DNA from: a virus
Lineage: Duplodnaviria; Heunggongvirae; Uroviricota; Caudoviricetes
Reading direction: 5' to 3' (one strand)
Length of the DNA: 28,600 bases
IMG/VR virus record: IMGVR_UViG_2737471849_000006
Shown here: piece after piece, positions 1 through 9,510 of the stretch
Layout of the letters: each line of letters opens with the position of its first letter
Numbering within the stretch: the stretch's first letter is position 1
The notes under the pieces: generated by a model
Seen by the model: only the letters and a program-made list of their open reading frames with translations
The model's database searches: none
Told to the model about the DNA's origin: nothing
Translations under genes and position numbers: made by a program

Positions 1-219
1 TTACATCCACATAATTTGCTGCCCTGATGGCAACGGGTGCGGCCTTACGGCGTGGACTTCTCCCGGCTTCACGATGTATCGCTGTACCGACTCATAAGTG
101 ATGAACGTGGCGCTGCAATTCACGTTCTGGCACTGATGATAACGCTCTTTTGTCGTGTCAGTGATATAGCGACTTGTACGCGCATGTGCGGCATGCTGGC
201 ATAAAGGACAATGAAACAT
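1..219 (-). CDS. ogr: late-gene transcriptional activator Ogr (zinc-finger)
   Basis: The 72-aa product starting MFHCPLCQHAAHARTSRY matches P2 Ogr as I recall it; the start is the internal Met of the 93-aa track ORF (cat at 217-219). Cys pairs fit a C4 zinc finger. Confidence 0.9.
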   Translation of the reverse strand: MFHCPLCQHAAHARTSRYITDTTKERYHQCQNVNCSATFITYESVQRYIVKPGEVHAVRPHPLPSGQQIMWM

Positions 220-300
220 CGCGAGCACCTCTTCCGGTTTTGTTGATGGTGCCATTTTAGTTAATTTATCCTTACAAAACAAACAGATAAAACAAAAACA

Positions 301-1464
301 TCACTCATCATCTTCTGTTTCGTACTCCACATCAGAAAGCCTGACCTCAAGCTCTAAGGACGTCGTGAAGCCGCTATTATTCAGAAAATGTGTCACCTTA
401 GTGATTGTCCAGTCCTGCTCGTCTATGACGCGCTTAAAGCCAGACACTTTGACCGGTGTTTCCGTGTAAATATCTGCCCGACCGGTAGCCAGGCTGATAG
501 AGAACTCCGCAACGCCCCGTTGCAGTTTATCCCACTTCGCCTGAGCGGCGCGCATGGCCTGCGCTTTCGTGGCATATACCGTGGTCAGGGCAAAAACGTT
601 GTCAGCCTCACCGGCCATGTATTCACCTTCACGCGCTTCCGGTACTTTAGGCGCTTTCTTCTGCCTGACCGGTTTCGCTTTCGGGTGCTCCAGTGCGCGC
701 AGGTGTTTCTCTTTCTTTTTGCGTTTCAGTTTTACCTTCTGCTTTTGCGGCTTCGGGTCTTTAGTGTGTAGCCATTTTGCCGTTACACCGGTGTAGGCTC
801 CACGGTCAGCAATCGCAAAATGATGGCGGTCGCCGTCGCTGCGGGTTATGGTGACCTGCGGGATTTTTTTACCGCTGGCCGTCACTCCCTGCCCCGCTTT
901 GAGAAACAACAGTTTTCCCATTTTTACCGACACCTCACCGCCGTTGCGTTCTGCAAGACGGGTCAGGAATTTCGCATCAGACTCCTGCGACTGGTCGATG
1001 TGTGGAATTTTTATTCCGGCCAGTGACGGAGCGACACTGGCTTCCAGCCTGTTACGGGTGGCTATCGCCTTAACAATCGCACCGAGCGTGGTGTCATGCC
1101 AGGAGCCTTCCCGGCGGGAATTGAGCGTCCCGCGAAAATCTGCACTCCGGGCGCGGATGGTGACTACATCCGGTGCGCCCCGGTGTTCAACCTCATCAAC
1201 GGTAAATTTCCCTTTGCATACCAGGGCAAAACCTTTCCAGCCGATATACACCGTCAGGACAGCGCCACGAACCGGCAGCCCGACCTGCCCGTCGGCATCG
1301 TTCAGTTCAATATCAAGCTGGTCAGCCTCAAAGCCCCGGTTATCCGTCAGGGTCATGCTCATCAGACGGTCGCTGATATTGCCGGTAATATCCCTGCTGT
1401 CGAGCATCAGCATGTAATCCGGCGTCAGCGTACTGCCTGCATCAAATGTCAGCGCATCCAGCAT
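301..1464 (-). CDS. D: tail protein gpD
   Basis: 387 aa, the P2 gpD length, at the distal end of the FI-FII-E-T-U-D operon; stop/start overlap with U at 1464. Confidence 0.88.
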   Translation of the reverse strand: MLDALTFDAGSTLTPDYMLMLDSRDITGNISDRLMSMTLTDNRGFEADQLDIELNDADGQVGLPVRGAVLTVYIGWKGFALVCKGKFTVDEVEHRGAPDVVTIRARSADFRGTLNSRREGSWHDTTLGAIVKAIATRNRLEASVAPSLAGIKIPHIDQSQESDAKFLTRLAERNGGEVSVKMGKLLFLKAGQGVTASGKKIPQVTITRSDGDRHHFAIADRGAYTGVTAKWLHTKDPKPQKQKVKLKRKKKEKHLRALEHPKAKPVRQKKAPKVPEAREGEYMAGEADNVFALTTVYATKAQAMRAAQAKWDKLQRGVAEFSISLATGRADIYTETPVKVSGFKRVIDEQDWTITKVTHFLNNSGFTTSLELEVRLSDVEYETEDDE

Positions 1465-1943
1465 TATCCCGCCCCCGTCATACCTGTGAATCTGGTCGCC
1501 ATACTGCCGGCCTTACCGATGAGCGATTCCGCCTGTTTACCGATATCGCCATAAAGCGCGGCCAGTGATTCATCAACGCGGGTGAGTGACAGCGTAAAAT
1601 CAATTTTCCGGGGTGTGCCGTCTGCAAAGAAAATACTCCCTGTTTCACTCACCCTGCTGATGACATACATGCCGTAAATCATGCCGGTGCCATCCAGCAA
1701 CGGCCACGCCCGCCCCTCCTCTGCCATCAGCCTGAGCGTGGTCATCGTCAGCTTGCCGCCGGTCAGTTCGGGATAAAGCACACCGGCCAGCGTGATGTTT
1801 TCCTCACCCACACCGAGAAACTGAAAGGCATCCCGTTTACCGATACGGGAATTTGACGGCCAGCGATAATCTGATTCACGCTGCATGGTCTGGTGTGGCA
1901 GCGTCTGGCGCATAAAAACAAACATACCTAACGCGAGCATCAT
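1464..1943 (-). CDS. U: tail protein gpU
   Basis: 159 aa, P2 gpU length and position immediately after the tape measure gene. Confidence 0.88.
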   Translation of the reverse strand: MMLALGMFVFMRQTLPHQTMQRESDYRWPSNSRIGKRDAFQFLGVGEENITLAGVLYPELTGGKLTMTTLRLMAEEGRAWPLLDGTGMIYGMYVISRVSETGSIFFADGTPRKIDFTLSLTRVDESLAALYGDIGKQAESLIGKAGSMATRFTGMTGAG

Positions 1944-1957
1944 TTTTCGTCACCTCC

Positions 1958-4405
1958 TTAACCGTCATGCATCATGCTGGCACGGGCGCGCGCACGTTTA
2001 TCCCGCTCGTATTTTTCGAGCGCATCCTGTAACTGGCGGTCAAGCTGTGTCCCCGGCGCAGTCCCCCCCGTCAGGCTGATGTGATATTCGTTTTTACTCT
2101 GGTCTACATAAGAGCGGCCAGCCGGTGCCGTGACCGGCTGATAAGCCTGATAGCCTGCATAAGAGCTGGTCGCCGGAATATAGTCACCGGTACCATACGT
2201 GGCGGTATGAGTTCTGGCGGCGGTCTGGTCAAGTGTGTCTGACTCTTTGTTGATAACACCGAGTTTTTCCAGTACCCAGTCAATACCACTGCGCAGTTTG
2301 TTGAACGCATTAAGCGGCAGCATCAACGCGTCAGCCAGTGCCTGCCCGAACATGACGCCCGTGTCACGGCAACGGTTCAGGGTGTCCTGGGTGGCTTTGA
2401 CCGGGGCAATCAGGTTTTTAAACCACTGCCACGCGGCCTGTAACTTTTCGCCCAGCCAGTCAAAAACCGGTTTAAGTGGCGTGAACAGTTCCCCCACCGG
2501 CGCAAATGCCGCTTTCAGCCCTTCAACCACACCACCAAAGAATGCGCTGACAGGCTCCCAGTATTTACGGATAAGCAACGCACCGGCGACAATGGCAGCC
2601 ACCACGGCCACAACCGGCCAGCTAATAGCCCCGATGGCGGTCATAACAGCACTGCCAACCGTCGTGAAGACTGCCCCCATTGCGCCTGCTGCCGCGATGA
2701 TGGCATTGATGCCGGTGATAACCGGCCAGGCTACGAGGCCAATGGCACCGATGATGCCAGTAAGCGCCAGTGCACCGCCGGCAATGATGCCGATGGTTAA
2801 CGCCAGTGATTTGTTTTTCTGTATCCAGCCGTCGAGTTTTAACACATACTTTGTGGCCGTCTGCGTGAGCTTACGCAGCGCGCCTTCCTGCTGGTCAAAC
2901 AGGTCAGTCCCCACCGCCTCATAAGCGGACTGAAACGCTTTAAAGTCACCGCCTAGGTTGTCCTGCATGATATTTACCAGCTCGGCGGTCTTCCCGTCTG
3001 AGGCTTTAAACGCAGCGGTCAGTTTGTCCAGCTTTCCGGTTGAGGCGGCAGTCATCAGCACGGCAGCGGCTGAGCTGGCCTCCTCCCCGAAAATAGTTTT
3101 CATGTATTCAGCCTGCTGGGCAGTACCGAGCCGGTTTTTCTCAAAACTGGCCTGCATTTCTTTCAGAATGGTAAATACTGGTCGAGTATTCCCTTTACTG
3201 TCTGAGGTTTTCACGCCAAGCTCTTTCAGTGCATCCCATGCTTTTCCCGTCGGTGCCTGCAGGCGGCTTAACACGGCACGGCTTCCCGTCCCCGCCATTG
3301 AACCGGTAATTTTTGCATCATGCAGCGCCCCGACCATTGCGGCGGTTTCTTCAATGCTGACACCAGCATTTTTTGCCACAGGTGCGGCATAGGTCAGCGC
3401 ATCGCTCATGCCATCAAAATCGGCGGCGGTTTTGTTCATCGTCATGGAGAGAACATCCCCGATATGAGCGACCTTATCGTTTGAAAGCTGAAAGGCGGAT
3501 TTCATCCCCATCAGCAGGGCGGCGTTTTCTTCCATCGTGCGACGGTTCGCCAGCGCCATATTCAGCGTGACCGGCGTTGCCGCCTGAATGGCATCAACAT
3601 CCCCACCGGCTTTCGCAATAATAATCTGCGCACCGGCTGCATCATCCGCCGAGGCGGCAGTATTGTCGCCGAGCTGGCGCGCCTGTTTGCGGAGTGCGGT
3701 CATTTCGGCGGAGTCTTTTGCCACACCGAGCACAGCCTGCAATTCTGAGTTTTTCTGCGCAAACTCATAACCGGGCATCAGCAACTTAACTCCGGCCATC
3801 GTTCCCGCAGCAGCAATCCCCACACCGGCAGCGCCCACTGAGGCCATATTTCCGGCCAGTTCCTTTCCGGCCTGATAACGCTGTTTTACTGCGTTAAGTT
3901 TTGCCTGTTGCGCACTGACACGCGCCAGCGCGTCGCGCTGACGGTTAAGTTGTGCGGTGGTTTCACTGATACGGTTTTTCAGTCCCTGCTCATCATGTGC
4001 AAGATTGCGGGTATTAATTCCCACAGCGGCCAGTTCCCGCTGCTGGCGTTTAACGGAATCCGTCAGGCGGTTATATTTCGCCTGTAAGTCCTCCGCCGCA
4101 CGCTTTGCGGATTCCAGCACTTTCGCCTGAGCACGGGTCGGACGTTCGGTGTTTTTAAACTGTGTGGCAAGGGCTTCGGCTTCCTGCCGTGCCTTTTCAA
4201 GTGCATGACCAGTCACGGCAAGCTGTGCGCTGGTCTTGCGGAATCCCTCAATACGGGATGCGTGACCGTTCAGCTCGCGCAGTGATTTTTGTGTTTCCCG
4301 GATATCCCCCGACAGCGACCTGCTCGCTGTGCGGATGGATTTAAACGGGCGGGATGCCTGGTCAACAGCCCTGAGCAATACCTGTAATTTTACATTGTTA
4401 CTCAT
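1958..4405 (-). CDS. T: tail tape measure protein gpT
   Basis: 815 aa, the P2 gpT length. Ala/Gln-rich coiled-coil N-terminal half and Gly/Ala-rich hydrophobic central segments are typical of tape measure proteins. Confidence 0.9.
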   Translation of the reverse strand: MSNNVKLQVLLRAVDQASRPFKSIRTASRSLSGDIRETQKSLRELNGHASRIEGFRKTSAQLAVTGHALEKARQEAEALATQFKNTERPTRAQAKVLESAKRAAEDLQAKYNRLTDSVKRQQRELAAVGINTRNLAHDEQGLKNRISETTAQLNRQRDALARVSAQQAKLNAVKQRYQAGKELAGNMASVGAAGVGIAAAGTMAGVKLLMPGYEFAQKNSELQAVLGVAKDSAEMTALRKQARQLGDNTAASADDAAGAQIIIAKAGGDVDAIQAATPVTLNMALANRRTMEENAALLMGMKSAFQLSNDKVAHIGDVLSMTMNKTAADFDGMSDALTYAAPVAKNAGVSIEETAAMVGALHDAKITGSMAGTGSRAVLSRLQAPTGKAWDALKELGVKTSDSKGNTRPVFTILKEMQASFEKNRLGTAQQAEYMKTIFGEEASSAAAVLMTAASTGKLDKLTAAFKASDGKTAELVNIMQDNLGGDFKAFQSAYEAVGTDLFDQQEGALRKLTQTATKYVLKLDGWIQKNKSLALTIGIIAGGALALTGIIGAIGLVAWPVITGINAIIAAAGAMGAVFTTVGSAVMTAIGAISWPVVAVVAAIVAGALLIRKYWEPVSAFFGGVVEGLKAAFAPVGELFTPLKPVFDWLGEKLQAAWQWFKNLIAPVKATQDTLNRCRDTGVMFGQALADALMLPLNAFNKLRSGIDWVLEKLGVINKESDTLDQTAARTHTATYGTGDYIPATSSYAGYQAYQPVTAPAGRSYVDQSKNEYHISLTGGTAPGTQLDRQLQDALEKYERDKRARARASMMHDG

Positions 4406-4825
4406 TCGTGTTTCCGCTTCGCCGGAGCGCCTTTTCGCGCCATGTGATGAGTTCGGTCAGGCTCATGGGATACAGTTCTGATGGCGGCCAGTGAAATATC
4501 ACTGCCACATCCGCCATCAGGTCATCGACCGACAGATTTTTCGGGAACGTCACTGCACCGAGTTCGGCGACAAAAAACCGACCACCTTACCGGCCAGCGC
4601 CACAAGGTCAGGCAGTTCCAGCGCGGCGACTTCCTGCTCGGTCAGCATCGGTGCCGTCATGCGCGGCAGCACTTTAATCAGTGCATCGACTTCGGAGTTC
4701 GCGACCGCAGCCAGACTGACACCGCGCAGCGTCCCGGCATTGGGTTTCATCAGCGTGACCTGTTCAATAACCTGCTCACCACGTTTGACCGGATTGTCCA
4801 GGGTAATGACATTTTCTTTGTTCAT
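4398..4825 (-). CDS. tail assembly chaperone E+E' made by programmed -1 frameshift
   Basis: Slippery run TTTTTTG on the minus strand (plus coordinates 4571-4577) lies in the last codons of E. I traced the -1 frame by hand: it stays open for about 57 codons to a TAA at 4398-4400, overlapping the T start at 4405. The predicted total is about 142 aa, as in P2. Confidence 0.7.
4550..4825 (-). CDS. E: tail assembly chaperone gpE
   Basis: 91 aa, matching the P2 gpE length, located between FII and T. Confidence 0.88.
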   Translation of the reverse strand: MNKENVITLDNPVKRGEQVIEQVTLMKPNAGTLRGVSLAAVANSEVDALIKVLPRMTAPMLTEQEVAALELPDLVALAGKVVGFLSPNSVQ

Positions 4826-4880
4826 GGTTTTCTCACTTCTGAATCGGGGTTACCGGTCAGCCTGGCTGACCGGATGAAAA

Positions 4881-5399
4881 TCACAGGCCGATATTGCGGC
4901 GGTGTTGCTCCAGCCGGTCGACGCCGTTCACCTTCTCAATCATGTTGATGGTGTCAATTTCGACCAGCTCCTTACCGTCCATCGTCAGCCGGAAATAGGT
5001 GCAGACCACGGAGATTTTCGACTCGGTGTCTTCTCCCTGTTTGCCCTCGCCGGTGTCGATTTCTTTCTGACGTCCACGCATGACCACCTCGACGGCCACC
5101 GTTTCGCCGGTATCGTCGCGCTGGTAAGAGCCTGCAAAACGAATCGGTACGGCATCCACACCGGTTGCGGCGTAAAGCTCCCAGATAACCGAATCCGGGA
5201 AGCCACCGAGCGACCACTCCATTGACAGCGCATCGTCATCAAGGCCGAGGTCTACCGGTGCGCTGCCGTTCATTCCCGCACCGCGATAGTTTTCGAGCTT
5301 ACGGGTCAGTTTTGGTAGCGTGACGGACTTCGCGACGCCCTGATAGCTGTAGCCGTTCAGAAAGACGTTCATTAACTTGAGTTTGCGCGGCATTGCCAT
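4881..5399 (-). CDS. FII: tail tube protein gpFII
   Basis: 172 aa, P2 FII length and position downstream of the sheath gene. Confidence 0.9.
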   Translation of the reverse strand: MAMPRKLKLMNVFLNGYSYQGVAKSVTLPKLTRKLENYRGAGMNGSAPVDLGLDDDALSMEWSLGGFPDSVIWELYAATGVDAVPIRFAGSYQRDDTGETVAVEVVMRGRQKEIDTGEGKQGEDTESKISVVCTYFRLTMDGKELVEIDTINMIEKVNGVDRLEQHRRNIGL

Positions 5400-5411
5400 C
5401 GGTCAGGCTCC

Positions 5412-6602
5412 TTAATTGCTGTTAACCGAAGTGACCAGATTTGCCAGGTATTTATCGGTAATACGCTGGCGCAGGGTCAGGTTTTCAAGAGGAGGCACCG
5501 GGGTATAGTCATAGTCGATATACAGTTTTCCGGCCTTGAGGGTTTCCGCATCGTTGGATTCTTCGCTGAACCAGCAGGTCGCATCCACGATATAGCCGTT
5601 TGTTTTCAGCTCACGGAATTTGGCATTGATGCCGTCAACGATGTCGCGAATCAGCGTTGCGGTGATGGGCTTGTCCACCGCCCACATGTGTGCCTCAGCC
5701 ATCGTATCGGCCAGCACCTGCGCGGTGCGGGTGTAGTTTTCAAAGAGGAAAAGCGGGTCATCAGAGCAGGTACGGTTACCCCAGAATCGGAAACCGTCAC
5801 GGCGAATCAGCGTAGTGACGCCTGACTCGTTAAGCAGGTCAGCATCGGTGCCGGACTCCTGCAAATCCCAGAATACAGATGCGCTGATGCCGGTAACACC
5901 GTTCACCCCGACATTGGACAGCGTTTTATGCCAGCCCTGCTCCTGGTCGATTTTAGCGCGCAGCCCCAGCGCACGGGCGGTGGCATACGCGGTGGCGGTG
6001 GTACTGGTGACCGTATCCCATGCGAGGAAATCCGGCCAGATGACCATCAGCTCACGCTGGCTGAAATTCTGACGATAGGCTTTCACCTCGGAAATGGTTT
6101 TACAGCCCCATGCGCTGATATACCCGAAAGCACGCAGCTTCTGACAGACTGATGCCAGTGCAACAGCCACCTCTTTGGTATCCAGTCCCGGCACGCCGAG
6201 AATACGCGGTTTAACACCGGTTACCGACTCCGCCGCCAGCAGGGCTTTTAGTCCGGTGTACTGACCGTTTTCATCGGTGGTGCCGATGATATTGGAAACG
6301 GTCTGCGCGAGTTTCGTTTCCTCGTCATCACCGGTGCCGTCTTCCACGCGCACGACAACGGTGACCGGTTTTGACTGGTCAGCGATGGCCTGCAACGATG
6401 CCGCCAGCGTGCCTTTTTTACCGGCCTTTGAAATTGCGCTCTGCACATTGGTAATCAGCACAGGTTTATTGAGGGGGAAGGTTTCCGCATCTGCATCGCT
6501 GGCCGTGCAGACCATGCCGACAATGGCCGTGGATACGGTGGAAATGACGCGGGTGCCCTCGTTAATCTCCAGCACCTGCACGCCGTGATGATAGTCACTC
6601 AT
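5412..6602 (-). CDS. FI: contractile tail sheath protein gpFI
   Basis: 396 aa, P2 FI length; first gene of the FI-FII-E-T-U-D late operon. Confidence 0.9.
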   Translation of the reverse strand: MSDYHHGVQVLEINEGTRVISTVSTAIVGMVCTASDADAETFPLNKPVLITNVQSAISKAGKKGTLAASLQAIADQSKPVTVVVRVEDGTGDDEETKLAQTVSNIIGTTDENGQYTGLKALLAAESVTGVKPRILGVPGLDTKEVAVALASVCQKLRAFGYISAWGCKTISEVKAYRQNFSQRELMVIWPDFLAWDTVTSTTATAYATARALGLRAKIDQEQGWHKTLSNVGVNGVTGISASVFWDLQESGTDADLLNESGVTTLIRRDGFRFWGNRTCSDDPLFLFENYTRTAQVLADTMAEAHMWAVDKPITATLIRDIVDGINAKFRELKTNGYIVDATCWFSEESNDAETLKAGKLYIDYDYTPVPPLENLTLRQRITDKYLANLVTSVNSN

Positions 6603-6992
6603 CCGTTTAACTCCGTGGTTAATGGGTGAGTGGTATTTTCAGTTGCGCCGGAGATGTCAGGCTATTTGTCCCGGTTGGCTAATCGACAGCACAACCACCG
6701 GTAAAGAAAAGGCGGGCAATTCGCTCACCTGCCCTGATTTGTACTCACTCATTTTCCGACTGACAGTTTACATAGCCCAAAAGCTATCAAATCTGACAGT
6801 TTCCTTTGAGCGAGAAGCGGAAGTTGTTCATTTATACAAGTCTGAAAGATGACTACCGAAGCTACAGCGATTCGGTTCATTCATCCACAAATAGTTCCTT
6901 TACATTTCATATGTTGATATCCACAATATGCGACAGAGCAGCGCTATGTTTTTATAACCATATGTTTTTCAATTGCTTTAGTTGAGGTAATA

Positions 6993-8579
6993 ATGATACC
7001 AATCAAAGATCTAACTCTTGGCTATGCTGATGCTGAAAATTATAAGAGAAGGGAGAATAAAGAATTACTTAACAAAGTGTTCATACGTGATAATCACCTA
7101 TCTAGATTATGTGAACCAAATATATCGTTTCTTGTAGGAGAGAAAGGTACTGGTAAAACCGCATACTCTATCTATCTCTCAAATAACAATATTAACAATA
7201 CGCTAGCTACAACTAAATATATAAGAGAGACAGAATATCAAAAATTTATCACTCTTAAATCTGAAAAGCATTTAAATTTGTCTGACTTCTCTGGCATATG
7301 GAAAGTTATTCTATATTTATTAATATCAAAACAAGTATTAGATAAAGAAGGGAAAATTTCAAAGTTACTAAATTATTCAAAATTCTCATCACTTAATGAT
7401 GCAATAGATGAGTATTATCTTAAGGCATTTTCACCAGAAATAATTCAAGCCCTCAGTTTTGTTCAAGAGTCAAAAGTTGCAGCCGAACTACTTCATAAGC
7501 ATGCAACCTTAAAAGGTGAAGAAAGAGAGTCTTTATCTTTTTCTGAGAGCAGATTTCAGATAAATTTATTTTATATACAAAAAAAATTTGAAGAGGCCTT
7601 TAGCCAAATACGTTTATCTCAAAATCATATTTTATTTATCGATGGTATTGATATCCGCCCTTCCTCAATTCCATACGATGATTATCTAGAATGTATAAAA
7701 GGATTAGCTCACGCAGTCTGGGAGATTAACAACGATTTCTTCCCAAGTATAAAGGGAGGAAAAGGGAGAATGAAGGCCGTTCTCTTGATCAGGCCAGATA
7801 TATTTGAATCCATAGGATTACAAAATCAAAACGCAAAAATCAGAGATAATTCAGTATTCTTGGACTGGCGGACAGAATATGTTAACCACCGTAGCTCTCA
7901 ATTATTTGAGGTATTAGATCATCTGCTTAGGACTCAGCAAGACATGGCCCTTAAAAAGGGACAGGCATGGGACCATTATTTCCCTTGGGATTCACCCAAC
8001 GTCCATGATAATTATAATCACCCCACATCATTTATTAATTTCCTTCGCTGGTCATATTATCGCCCAAGAGATATATTACGGATGCTCGAAATTATCAAAT
8101 CACACGCCAGCGGTGATGATGGGAAAAATCAATTTAGTCTAGATGACTTTGAAAGTCCTAGCATGCAAAGAGATTACTCTAACTATTTACTTGGAGAAAT
8201 AAAAGATCATTTATCATTTTATTATGGAAGTGAACATTATGAGATTTTTTTAAAGTTCTTTGAATTCCTCTCTGGAAAAGATACTTTTGATTACGCTGAA
8301 TACCTCTTAGCATATAAACAACTTGAAACTCATATTAGTTCCATTTCCACAACAAAACCAAAATTCATGACAACTGCAAATGACTTCCTTCAGTTTCTTT
8401 TTGGTCTCAATGTAATATGCTATATAGAAACAACCGAAGATAATAATAGGTTTATACGTTGGTGTTTTAGAGAAAGAAGTTACGCAAATATCTCACCAAA
8501 AATAAAAACAGGAATGAAATATCAAATATTTTATGGCTTGGCAAAAGCCTTAAACGTCGGAAAGGCTTTAAAAAAATAA
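6993..8579 (+). CDS. P-loop NTPase of unassigned family; cargo gene in the Z/fun slot between FI and G, candidate anti-phage or exclusion protein
   Basis: 528-aa ORF with GAGG ribosome-binding site 5 nt before the ATG. Walker A GEKGTGKT near residue 50 and a Walker B-like ILFIDGID near residue 210. Strongly AT-rich codon usage compared with flanking tail genes, and transcribed opposite to them. Confidence 0.7.
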   Translation: MIPIKDLTLGYADAENYKRRENKELLNKVFIRDNHLSRLCEPNISFLVGEKGTGKTAYSIYLSNNNINNTLATTKYIRETEYQKFITLKSEKHLNLSDFSGIWKVILYLLISKQVLDKEGKISKLLNYSKFSSLNDAIDEYYLKAFSPEIIQALSFVQESKVAAELLHKHATLKGEERESLSFSESRFQINLFYIQKKFEEAFSQIRLSQNHILFIDGIDIRPSSIPYDDYLECIKGLAHAVWEINNDFFPSIKGGKGRMKAVLLIRPDIFESIGLQNQNAKIRDNSVFLDWRTEYVNHRSSQLFEVLDHLLRTQQDMALKKGQAWDHYFPWDSPNVHDNYNHPTSFINFLRWSYYRPRDILRMLEIIKSHASGDDGKNQFSLDDFESPSMQRDYSNYLLGEIKDHLSFYYGSEHYEIFLKFFEFLSGKDTFDYAEYLLAYKQLETHISSISTTKPKFMTTANDFLQFLFGLNVICYIETTEDNNRFIRWCFRERSYANISPKIKTGMKYQIFYGLAKALNVGKALKK

Positions 8580-8979
8580 AAAACAAAAATGGCGAGTGGA
8601 AAACACTTGCCATTCACCTCATAGTAATAACTAATAGTAGATAATTTTAACGGGACGCAGACCGAATTGTGTAATCTGAACATTTACCAAATATTTAAAA
8701 TATTATCTGAACTGAGTGATGCCAATCATAGCGCCAATACCTCTTCGCAAGTGACACTTGATGCAGAAAGCTATTTTTAAAACACGCGATAATAATCATC
8801 TCCTATGCCCTATCATCTTATGATTCTGTACAGGAAGACGCACGTTAGCTATGCAATCAAAACACACTGATATGACCATTGTTCTTGTTTATAAGGTCCG
8901 CTTTTGGCACAGAGTGGACTTCAGATTAGGCTTTACTCTGTGCCATAGATATGTAAGTTCACAACAGAGGTCATACAAC

Positions 8980-9507
8980 TTATTGCGGCATTTCCGGCCA
9001 TTCAGGATTTGCAGGATCCACACGGCTGACCAGAACGCTGTAACGTTCCCATGACTCCAGTCGTGCACGTTCCTCATCCGTCGCCATATTCAGCCTGACA
9101 GCGCGTTCCAGTGGCTGAATAACGTTTTCCGCTTCGGAAAGTAACGCGGCCTTTTGTGATTCTGCCTGTTGTTGCTGTTCATCTGCCGTATAAATCCGTT
9201 TAACCACAGCACCATCCTTAAACATCCATTTACCTGAGTCGTCAGCACGTCGGTTGGAGGTAATATCAGGAACCTCAACAACGCTAAAACCTTCAGGATT
9301 AAGCGTTGAAGCATCTCTGGTGATAGCGACAATAATATTATTTTCATCGTAAACAATCTTTATTGTGTCTGGCTGAAAGTTCTTCACTTCCTCATACCAG
9401 TTTTTTCCGTCTTCGGACCATAACCAGATAACATCAAAATTCTTTGTTAGCTGATATTGCTCTTTTGTTTTTGGATTACCTGACTTAATGTTCTTTAAAT
9501 GCTGCAT
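8980..9507 (-). CDS. G: tail fibre assembly chaperone gpG
   Basis: 175 aa, P2 gpG length, immediately downstream of tail fibre gene H. Confidence 0.88.
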   Translation of the reverse strand: MQHLKNIKSGNPKTKEQYQLTKNFDVIWLWSEDGKNWYEEVKNFQPDTIKIVYDENNIIVAITRDASTLNPEGFSVVEVPDITSNRRADDSGKWMFKDGAVVKRIYTADEQQQQAESQKAALLSEAENVIQPLERAVRLNMATDEERARLESWERYSVLVSRVDPANPEWPEMPQ

Positions 9508-9510
9508 AAC

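Noticed and set aside
1-282. Extended 93-aa ogr ORF, and similarly extended track ORFs for V, A, C and X
   Set aside because: Track ORFs run to the most upstream start codon; the internal starts reproduce the known P2 protein N-termini, so the shorter coordinates were used.
2235-2924. 229-aa plus-strand ORF, with several other 60-230-aa ORFs (848-1417, 2958-3392, 4481-4948, 10091-10696, 11318-12028, 17732-18187, 18535-19014, 23163-23732)
   Set aside because: All lie entirely antisense or out of frame within well-supported phage genes (T, D, H, I, P, Q, A); they have Ala/Ser/Arg-rich low-complexity translations typical of shadow ORFs in GC-rich DNA.
8580-8640. Candidate terminator right after the 528-aa gene
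   Set aside because: Only a weak imperfect stem (GAGTG/CACTT) without a U-tract; not reported as a feature.
8851-9077. Small ORFs (67 and 62 aa) in and beside the G 3' end
   Set aside because: They overlap G or lie in the AT-rich spacer with no start context; no support.
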